Positions 40,041-48,439 of a stretch of DNA of 64,000 nucleotides are shown piece after piece. Below the pieces are notes generated by a model. The model had not been told where the DNA came from. It saw nothing but the letters and a program-made list of their open reading frames with translations, and made no database searches. The DNA lies in NCBI GenBank assembly GCA_963665325.3, contig OZ224045.1, forward strand, positions 2,272,001-2,336,000. Reading direction: 5' to 3'. Origin of the DNA: Alphaproteobacteria bacterium. Its GTDB lineage: Bacteria; Pseudomonadota; Alphaproteobacteria; Bin95. Made by a program: the position numbers and the translations under genes. The stretch's first letter is position 1. The number at the start of each line of letters is the position of its first letter.

Positions 40041-43000
40041 GACTACGATTGGTGTACCGAGATGACGGTGGGATACGGAATGATCTTTCCAAATCATTAC
40101 TACGGTTTCACTCCCAATTGGATTGAAGGTGGACATTGGGGAAGACTCAGCAACAGGGATATTGCCTATGAAGATAAAATCTTTAGATTCCAGCGGATAG
40201 GGTTCACCGCAGATGTTTACGGTGGCAGATTGGTATATGTGTACTTCACCAAGAACGAGCAACTGCCGGATGGGATGGTCTTGAATTTGGGCGGGGCCAG
40301 ATTCGTGGCGGATGGCAATAGCTGGTTTGACGATGTGAGTACTGGGAAGCATATCTTTGTTTACCCCAACGGGTTTAGCATGGTTGAAGGACAGAAAATG
40401 ACCCTGAGCGCGAAGTTTCCCGACGACACCAACACGACGGGACAACCATCGATTACGGGCACACCGCAAGTAGGGGAGACCCTGACTGCAAACACTGGCG
40501 ACATTATGGACAGCGATGGCCTGGGCGCATTCAGCTACCAGTGGATCCGGGTGGACGGGCTTACCGAAACGACCATCGCTGGCGCCACCAGTAATACGTA
40601 TGCCCCAATAACGGCCGATGTGGGGAAACGTATCAAGGTAAAGGTCAGCTTTACCGACGGCGACGGTACCGAAGAGTCTGTCACCGGTGACGCTTATCCC
40701 TCAAGAGGTTATCCGTCGAGTGCCATTGGCATCGCAGCGGCAAAGACGGCCTGTCCCGCTGACAATGATTGGTGCGCAGAATTGACCGTGGGATACGGAG
40801 AACACGGTGACCCTGTTGTGGAATTCTACTATGGATTTACACCCTTGAACGTATACAGGTCCGATGGCGGTGGTGGATTTACGGGAACACTTAGTAATAG
40901 GGAACTCAGCTACAATTCCACAAATGTGACCTTTCAAAGGCTCGGGATTACCGATAAGGAATTTACCTTTGTGTACGCAGGTTTTGCAAACAGTGAACGC
41001 GTACCGGATGGCACGGTTTTCAATTACGGCGGGACCACATTCACCGCGGACAGTGAGAACTTTAGTTATGACACGTTCGGCATAGGGCAGTACGTCTTTA
41101 ATCATCGCTCTGGCTTGAGCATGGTTGAAGGCCAGAAGATGACGGTGAGTGTTACGTTCCCCGAGAGTACTAACTCTGCCACGGGCCAACCATCGATCAC
41201 GGGTACGCCGCAGGTAGGCCAGACCTTGAGCGTCAGCACCGCCGACATCGTGGATGCCGACGGCAAGACCAAGGCCGAGAATGATGACGTCGGCTACGCG
41301 TATACCTACCAGTGGCTCCGGCTGGACGAGGGCACGGAGACAGAGATTTCGGATGCGACCGCGGATTCCTACACCCTGAGTGACGACGACGAGGGCGCGA
41401 CGGTCAAGGTCCGGGTGAGCTTTACCGACGATCGGGACAATCCGGAGGGACCGCTCGAGAGCGCGGCCACTGCCACGGTGACGGCGCCGGCGGTGGCGGG
41501 GCTGACGGCCGAGTTCCTGGACGTGCCGGACGAGCACGACAGCTCGAGCGCGTTCACGTTCCGGCTCGCCTTCAGCGAGGACATCCGCAATGGCTACCGC
41601 AGGGTCCGCGACGACCTGCTTTCGACCACCGGCGGAACGGTCACCGGCGCACGCCGCGTGGAAAAGCGCCGCGACCTGTGGGAGATCGAGGTGGAGCCTT
41701 CGGGCAGCGACGCCGTGACGGTGACGCTGGCCGCAGGCGAGGACTGCGCGACGGCGCCCTGCACAAACGACCGCCGCACGCTGTCGGAGGAGATCTCCGC
41801 CACGATCGCGGGCCCGTCCCTGCCCGGGCTCTCGATCGCGGACGCCGAGGTCGAGGAAGGCCCGGGGGCGAAGCTGGCCTTCGCGATCACGCTCGACCGC
41901 GCGGCTTCGGGCACGGTGACCGTGCAGGCCTCGACCTCCGACGGCACGGCGGTGGCGGGCGAGGACTATCGCGCGAAGACCCTGACCAAGACCTTCGCCC
42001 CGGGCGAGACCAGGAAGATTGCGGTGATACGGGTGCTCGAGGACGGCCATGACGACGACGGCGAGACGATGACGCTCACGCTCTCGAACCCGACCGGTGC
42101 CTATATCGCGGACGGCACGGCGACGGGGACCATCACGAACTCGGATCCGCTCCAGAAGATGTGGCTCTCGCGCTTCGGGCGCACTGTGGCCCTCCAGACG
42201 ATCCAGGCTCTGGAGGGGCGCTTCGCCATCGGGTCGGACGCTTCGCCGCGCATGACGATGACGGTGGCAGGCCAGAGCATGGACCTCTCGCGGATCGGCG
42301 ACGACGAGGCGCTGGCGGAGACGATGACGGGGCTTGCGCGGGCGTTCGGCGCGCCGGGTGCGCCGGCGGCGAACCCCGGATCGGGGTCCGGGGCAGGCTC
42401 CGGCGACGACCCGTTCGCGCGGCACGGTATCGGCGGATCCTGGAACGAGGCCGACTCCCCGGCGCCGGCGCAGCCGGTTACGGGGCGCGATCTCCTGCTC
42501 GGGAGTTCGTTCCACTTCACGACCGGCGAGGCGTCGGGCCTGGGGGGCGCGATGACCGGCTGGGGCAAGGTGCTGTCGGGCGGGTCGAGCAGTTCGTTTG
42601 GCGGCGGGCTGTCGTTTACGAGCGAGACGGCGACCGGCGTGCTCGGCATGGACTGGGAGCGGGACAGGCTTCTGGTCGGGGTGGCGCTGTCGCGGAGCGT
42701 CGAGAAGGGTAGCGCGGCGTTCGATCGGACGGGTCTGCAATACGACATTGAGGGCTCGCTCTCGATGGTCACGCCCTATCTGCACGTGCAGGCAGGCGAG
42801 CGGCTGTCGTTCTGGAGCGCGGTCGGTTCGGGCAGCGGCTCGATGTCGCTCTCGCAGGGCGGCGGATGGCAGACGGCGGACATCGCCGTGCAGCTTGCGG
42901 CTGCGGGCGGGCGCGCCGAGCTGCTGCGTCCCGGGGCCGATGGCGGACTTGCGCTGGCGCTGAAGACGGATGCGTTCTTCGTGCGGAGCGAGTCGGCGCG

Positions 43001-43691
43001 GGTATCGACGCCCGGCGTCGGCAATCTCACGGCTGCGACGGGCGATGCAAGCCGCGTGCGGGCCGTATTGGAAGGGTCGCGGGCGTTCGCGCTGGCGGGC
43101 GGCGGGGCGCTGGCGCCGTCGCTGTCGCTCGGGCTGCGCCATGACGGCGGCGATGCGGAGACGGGCTCTGGCGTGGAGGTCGGCGCCGGGCTCACATGGT
43201 CCGCGCCGGCAGCCGGTCTGACCTCGGACCTTCGCCTCTACGGCCTGGCGGCGCATGAGGCGGGCGGCTACGACGAATGGGGAGCGAGCGGTTCGCTGCG
43301 GATGGTTCCGGGTGCGTCGGGCCGCGGGATGTCGCTGTCGATGACGCCGTCATGGGGCGCCCGGGACCAGGCCGGGCGGCTGTGGGATGCGGCGCCCGGC
43401 GGGTTGGCCGGGGACGGCGACAGGGAGCAGCCGGGCATGCGCCTCGACACGGAACTCGGCTATGGCCTGCCCCTGTCGGACGGCCTGACCGGCACGCCGT
43501 ATGCGGGCTTCGGGTTCGGCGAGGCCGGCGCCCGGGACTACCGCCTCGGCTGGCGGCTCGCGTCGGACCGGTTGCAATCGTTCTCTCTGGGCGTCGAGGC
43601 GACCCGCCGCGAGGCCGCGAACGACAACGGATCGGGGGAGGGCGGCAAGCCGGAGCACGGCATGACGCTGCGCGCCGGGCTGCGTTGGTAG
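40041..43691 (+). pseudogene. Autotransporter-like surface protein 3, 5'-truncated by IS21 (type-A barrel intact)
   Basis: No signal peptide; the native sequence starts mid-module (DYDWCTEMTVGYG) right at the IS end. Two AT-rich WC modules, Calx-beta and a barrel ending GLRW follow. Confidence 0.82.
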
Positions 43692-43724
43692 GGCCGGCAT
43701 CCGGGGCGTGACCGCGCCCCGGCC

Positions 43725-43847
43725 GGCTCTGTTGCGAAGTTGGTTTGGACTGATGAAGAGTCCGCGCTGTCCAGGGCGAAGGGCAGCGGCATGAACGATT
43801 TCAAGGGGCGTCGCTTCGAGGGAGAGATCGTGCTCTGGGCCGTGCGC
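43725..43847 (+). mobile_element. IS6-family left-end remnant
   Basis: GGCTCTGTTGCGAAG terminus, then ATG 43791 MNDFKGRRFEGEIVLWAVR (IS6 transposase N-terminus), truncated. Confidence 0.8.
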
Positions 43848-43930
43848 ATTGGCACGATGATCGTCTCCGGGGACGGCGGCCGGTATCCCAGGCTGCTGTG
43901 CGGGCGCACGGCGTTGTAGTGGTGTCGCCA
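43846..43930 (-). mobile_element. IS3-family transposase C-terminal remnant
   Basis: The minus strand encodes WRHHYNAVRPHSSLGYRPPSPE. Confidence 0.78.
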
Positions 43931-43965
43931 GGATTCGATCAGAACCTGGGCTTCCTGGTATTATT

Positions 43966-44907
43966 TTAATCCGTAGGATCGATGACCAGCGAAGCGTAGT
44001 CAGATTCGTAGAGTTTTTGGTTTTCGACCACGGCAAGGCGTTGGAGACAATATAGCTGCCAATAACCCTGCCATATCTCGGACCGGTGGTCGAGATGCTC
44101 GACCACCAGTCCGAGACCGCTGGCATCCTCCCATGAGATCATCTGTGAGTGCGACAGCCACCGTGTCGTGTCGAGAAGCTCGCTCGCCGTCGCTGACCAA
44201 TTGCCGTCCGGCCGAATACTGTCCGGCCGAAACATACCAGACCGCAGTAGAGATTCGGCGGACTGACGCGCGCGGTGCCTGGCCGCTTCACACAGTTTGA
44301 TAGTGGCTGGATCGATCTTACCAAGCATGATTTGAGCCGCGAGATTGTTGGGATCGTTCTGGAGTTCCTCCGCGTATGCATCGTAGGCATCAAGGTAGTT
44401 CTGTACGGACCGCCATCCGCCGGGGAGAAATATCTGCGGGTCAATCGGCCCGAGTTCAGACGTGTCGCTCATTACGACACTGTCGGCGCCGAGCACCATG
44501 ACCGTGCCAGCACTTTTGGCAAAATCCGGAACGATGATACGAAACGCTGCTTGCCCAATCCTACTCCTCGTCAATCGGATTATCTTCTCGGCAGCATCGA
44601 CGCTACCCCCTCCGGTATGAAGTAGTAGATCCACGTCTACGTTCGGGGGCACATTATGAAGGAGATCCGCAAATGGCATAGTGTCATCGATGTCGATGTG
44701 ACGGTGAATGCCTGATACGTAGCAAATTAGCCGGCGAGAAGTGCTTTCCTGAATCTCTTTGATGATTGCCTGCCGCTGGTAGCGTGCAGCATTGCTTGCC
44801 TGGAACAACGGTGTTTTAGTCACTGGTAGTACGGCATGCTCGAGGACAGTGTCGGTTTGGTCTGGTAAAAGATCCCCGCCGTTTCCCGGCATAGACGGTT
44901 GTGTCAT
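43966..44907 (-). CDS. SDH-family ClpP-class serine protease
   Basis: DLLLHTGGGSVDAAE, IVPDFAKSAGT, SELGPIDPQ and SH near the C-terminus. Confidence 0.85.
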   Translation of the reverse strand: MTQPSMPGNGGDLLPDQTDTVLEHAVLPVTKTPLFQASNAARYQRQAIIKEIQESTSRRLICYVSGIHRHIDIDDTMPFADLLHNVPPNVDVDLLLHTGGGSVDAAEKIIRLTRSRIGQAAFRIIVPDFAKSAGTVMVLGADSVVMSDTSELGPIDPQIFLPGGWRSVQNYLDAYDAYAEELQNDPNNLAAQIMLGKIDPATIKLCEAARHRARQSAESLLRSGMFRPDSIRPDGNWSATASELLDTTRWLSHSQMISWEDASGLGLVVEHLDHRSEIWQGYWQLYCLQRLAVVENQKLYESDYASLVIDPTD

Positions 44908-45260
44908 TTATTCTCTCTCCGGCTATCGGCAGCCCATTTGATTTTGCCGTTGCGCAAGATGAAGTGGCAGCGGCGTTTAGGGGTGATGTCGTCAATGCTG
45001 GGCCGGATCGACAGTGGCTTCACAGAGTCGACACTCCAGTGGGGGTATCGAGACCTGTCCAAATTCACCATCAAGCGATGCCCTGTTCGGCAGGGACAGT
45101 CGAAAACGACCCAAGTCAGGCGCTCTGGCCTGCCAACGAGGACTACGCCCTTGTCGGGCAACCGATCGGGCACCTCATCGCCAGCGTTGACCAGTCCAAC
45201 GATCCGCCAAGGGCGCCATGGGATTGGTAGCCATCGCCACCAGGCAATCAGCTTCTTCAT
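44904..45260 (-). CDS. DUF6527-like Cys/His protein
   Basis: FDCPCRTGH..VNL....PHW....LSIRPSI.....CHFILRNGKIKW. Confidence 0.75.
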   Translation of the reverse strand: MKKLIAWWRWLPIPWRPWRIVGLVNAGDEVPDRLPDKGVVLVGRPERLTWVVFDCPCRTGHRLMVNLDRSRYPHWSVDSVKPLSIRPSIDDITPKRRCHFILRNGKIKWAADSRRENK

Positions 45261-46639
45261 CCCAACCATGTCTGCTCAAGGAATGGTTCTGTGACGCCGA
45301 GTCCCAGCTTGTCCGCCCCCGGGTGGCAGTAGTGACCGTCGCCTGGGCCCTGGTCGTTGGTGGACACCTCCCGTTCGTGCGTCCGTAGCAGTATCTCCGT
45401 GGGTACAGGCTCAGCGCCGTAGTGAATGAGCCGCTCGAGCAGTTCGCTCACCGCCACTGCCGCCACCTGTGTCGTAAACGCGACGACTGCAGGCTCAGCG
45501 CCTGGCAGTGCAGGGGCGTAGCCCTCATCAGCAAGCCGGCGGTACTCATCTGGGGCGAGCATCTCGGCGGCCGCTCGCTGCAGGTCAATGCGGTTGCGAC
45601 AGACCAGACATGCAGCACCGGGGGCAAGTACCGTCACGCGACCGTCAATTCCGGCGAGTTGGCCCCCAATACCACTGCTCAGCAGCACACCGCAGTCAAT
45701 AACGGGAGTCAAAAGGTACGAAGCGATGCGAGACAGCACGAGCCGACCCGCGTTGTCATCGGTGCAGCCGAAGATAATGTCGGCGTCGAGCAGCAATTTG
45801 GCCGTGGATTCCAACGTTATCTTGGCCTGCGTGGCCATCACTTCGGTATCGGGAGCGATCCGGCTCACGTGGGCGGCACTCAAACTTACTTTCGGCTCGC
45901 CGATGTCTTGGGGGAAGGATCCGTATACGCGGGTGAGGTTACCTTCTGTCAACGTGTCGGGATCAAATAAGTGGAGGTGCCGTACGCCCAGGCGCACGAG
46001 TTGCTCGATAACGGCCGACCCGATACCGCCGCAGCCAACGACGGCGACGCGTAGGTCACCGAGGACCCTTTGGATTTCGCCACCGAAGGCGCGAATATTC
46101 CGATCAAATTGGTTAGAAGATGGCATTGTTTCGTATAGCCAGTTCTGAACGAGCCTAAACCGCCGACCGGTTACCCACAGACGGTCAATCTCGGTGCGTC
46201 TGTTCTCGGATTCGATGTGGCCCGTGAAGCAGAGGCGCGCGCCTGTCCTGGCGACGACAATTGCTCCGTATAAAGAGCTTCCTGCACGGAGCCGGAAGAG
46301 ATCAGCAAGTTCTTCGTCGACTAGCTCATCACGCTTGCTCGGTCTGGGGGATGATTCGTTTCCAGGGTGCGTATGCAGCCAAATTGGGACAGACTGATCG
46401 GCCTCCGCTGCAGCGAGAGCAGGCACGTAGCCTTGGGAGGCAATGCTCATGGCCGTGGCGTTGCGCAGGCGGTAGGCGTCATCCGGTACCCAGTGCAGCT
46501 CACGGGCGAGCAAGCGGACATCTCCGTTAGGCGTCTCCACATGCCGCACCAGCAGAACACCAGCGGTCTCGATGTCAGCGTCGGCCGCCTCCAAGAGTTC
46601 GGCTGCAATCTGGTCCGGAAACACAACCGTGACTGTCAT
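45257..46639 (-). CDS. JAB/MPN metallopeptidase - ThiF/E1 adenylyltransferase fusion
   Basis: N-terminus has ETAG...HTHP..PSKRD (JAMM-like). C-terminus has VAVVGCGGIGS, DPD..TEGNLTR, GCTDDNAGR and ACLVC. Confidence 0.85.
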   Translation of the reverse strand: MTVTVVFPDQIAAELLEAADADIETAGVLLVRHVETPNGDVRLLARELHWVPDDAYRLRNATAMSIASQGYVPALAAAEADQSVPIWLHTHPGNESSPRPSKRDELVDEELADLFRLRAGSSLYGAIVVARTGARLCFTGHIESENRRTEIDRLWVTGRRFRLVQNWLYETMPSSNQFDRNIRAFGGEIQRVLGDLRVAVVGCGGIGSAVIEQLVRLGVRHLHLFDPDTLTEGNLTRVYGSFPQDIGEPKVSLSAAHVSRIAPDTEVMATQAKITLESTAKLLLDADIIFGCTDDNAGRLVLSRIASYLLTPVIDCGVLLSSGIGGQLAGIDGRVTVLAPGAACLVCRNRIDLQRAAAEMLAPDEYRRLADEGYAPALPGAEPAVVAFTTQVAAVAVSELLERLIHYGAEPVPTEILLRTHEREVSTNDQGPGDGHYCHPGADKLGLGVTEPFLEQTWLG

Positions 46640-47028
46640 GGGACCATCTCAGGCACACTGCGTTCCAAGTCTCGCCGGATCAGGGCAAGGAAACTCTCCA
46701 GACCATCGACTCCCGACTGCCACTGCCCGTTGCGGAAGTGTCTCGACCAGCGCTGCCATTTGCGTCCGAGATACGTTCCGACAGCATTGGTGGCCGGCAG
46801 AGCTTGGCCGTTGCTCAGATGAACTGGCGGAGAGAACCACCACATGTCAGGAGGGACATCTGGATAGCCGGGCTTGAGCCGAACCAGAAGGTCCGCCGCA
46901 TCGCGGTTAAACCCACTCGGCAGTGGCCACTGCGGCATTACGACGCATGTTATGCCCACCTCGACCGCGACTTCGTAGCCAGCACACCGTTCGTTCAGAT
47001 AAGTGATGTCGGATTGTGGAAGGGTCAT
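46636..47028 (-). CDS. Prokaryotic E2/UBC-like protein (Prok-E2 family E type)
   Basis: LPSGFN..ADLLVRLKPGYPDVPPDMWW and WQRWSRH..W.SGVDGL. Confidence 0.82.
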   Translation of the reverse strand: MTLPQSDITYLNERCAGYEVAVEVGITCVVMPQWPLPSGFNRDAADLLVRLKPGYPDVPPDMWWFSPPVHLSNGQALPATNAVGTYLGRKWQRWSRHFRNGQWQSGVDGLESFLALIRRDLERSVPEMVP

Positions 47029-47324
47029 TGCAGATGGTGCACCGTTCCGCAGCCGGCGCCAGGATTGATGGTGCCTGGCGCTGTGAAAAAGCGCAGGCCA
47101 TCATAAACCGCGACCGTGTCGTCATCCTTGATTTTGAGGTCAGGGCGCCCGGGAATGACTTGGAAAAGATCGCGATCGGTCGGAATTGGAGTCGGTGGAA
47201 CACGCCGGACTTGAGCTCCGGTGATCTTCTCATCCACCCACTCGTACTGCGCCCGGTCGATCCGGATCGTGAACGCTTTCTGCTCGGGATTGTCCTTGTC
47301 GGGAACTGGATTCTCTGCAGCCAT
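47025..47324 (-). CDS. Multi-ubiquitin-domain-family ubiquitin-like (beta-grasp) protein
   Basis: FTIRID..YE...ITGAQVR...DLF..IPG.PD..I.DDDTV...G.RFFTAPGTINPG. GGAGG RBS precedes ATG 47324. Confidence 0.78.
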   Translation of the reverse strand: MAAENPVPDKDNPEQKAFTIRIDRAQYEWVDEKITGAQVRRVPPTPIPTDRDLFQVIPGRPDLKIKDDDTVAVYDGLRFFTAPGTINPGAGCGTVHHLQ

Positions 47325-47344
47325 GATAGGCCTCCATATCGAAT

Positions 47345-47380
47345 GTGATACCACGATACCATGGTTTGATACCATTTGAC
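47345..47380. promoter_or_regulatory. Putative operator with three GATACCA repeats between the divergent Ubl operon and RHH gene
   Basis: GATACCA at 47347, 47355 and 47368, followed by TTGACA at 47376. Confidence 0.55.
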
Positions 47381-47411
47381 AACCGTCTGCCCCAATTGCA
47401 TCATCGGTAGC

Positions 47412-47627
47412 ATGAAACCATTCAAAGCGATGACGATTCGCCTGTCTGCCGACCAGTCAGATGAGTTGGATATGATCGCCGCTGTCGATGGTCGGCCGAT
47501 TTCGCAGGTAATCCGCTCGGCGATCGCGGGGCACATCGAGGAACGCAAACGCGACGCCTCGTTTCAAGACACCCTCCGTCAACGCATCGAGCGTGCACGG
47601 CGAATGCTGCCAAACGACGAGCAGTAG
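47412..47627 (+). CDS. Ribbon-helix-helix (CopG/Arc-like) regulator
   Basis: KAMTIRLSADQSDELDMIAAVDGRPISQVIRSAI. Confidence 0.78.
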   Translation: MKPFKAMTIRLSADQSDELDMIAAVDGRPISQVIRSAIAGHIEERKRDASFQDTLRQRIERARRMLPNDEQ

Positions 47628-47658
47628 GGTGAGCGAGTAGGACTTCGAGCGGGTGCAC

Positions 47659-48200
47659 GCGGGTTTGCGGGCTCGCTGGCCTGGGACCCGGAGCCTTCGT
47701 CCGACGGGGGTCCGCGGCTCACGCTGAGCCAGACGGTGGGCGGGTCCGCTGCGGGCGCGGTGGAGACGCTGCTGCGGCCGGAGACGGCGCGGGTGCTGGA
47801 GGCGGCGAACGACCCCGGATCGGGGTCCGGGGCAGGCAACAGCGGGCAGAGCCGGCTCGAGGCGCGGCTCGGTTATGGCTGGCCTTCGTTCGGCGGTCGT
47901 TATACGACGGTGCCGGCGATCGGGGTCGGGCTGACGGAGGCAACCCGGGAATATATCCACTCCTGGCGCCTGGCGGAGGCTGGGAGTGCGGGTCTGGTGC
48001 TCGGGCTTGACGTGGAGGCGGTACGGCTGGAGCGCGTGACGGGCGATGCGGCGCCGGAGCACCGGCTGGTGCTGGGGCTCGGCTGGCGGCGCGAGGACGC
48101 CACGTTCGAGTTCCGTCTCGAAGGCTCGCATCTGCAGCCGGTCAGCGGCAACCGGGCGCCCGAACACCGCATCGGCCTTACCCTGACCGCGCGATGGTGA
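47659..48200 (+). pseudogene. Orphan 3' fragment of a type-B barrel
   Basis: RGFAGSLAWDPEP...PEHRIGLTLTARW, a mosaic of the 29.5 kb and 52.7 kb versions. Confidence 0.82.
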
Positions 48201-48439
48201 CCGGGCGGCACAAGCCATTGCGGTTGTCGCGGGCGGCGCGGACCGCCGGCCGGATCGCCGGAACGAAGCGCCCGTTCGTCCGTGCAAGCGCGCTCCGGGC
48301 GTACAAAGAGCCCGCTGCCGAGCGGTTTTTGACAAATTAATTCTCATTTCCCTCCCGTCTGGGAGGCGCGCCGATATTCGGAAACGGCATAGATTCCATG
48401 CCTGTCGAGTGAACGGTATTCGCCGGTACGGGGGGTCGT
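48201..48439 (+). repeat. Conserved intergenic leader, copy 4
   Basis: Near-identical to 30040-30278. Confidence 0.9.

Noticed and set aside
43966-47324. CBASS type II (Cap2/Cap3) or ThiF/MoeB sulfur-transfer call
   Set aside because: There is no CD-NTase or effector and no thiamine/molybdopterin genes. A stand-alone Ubl and E2 point to a Bil/Bub-like system.
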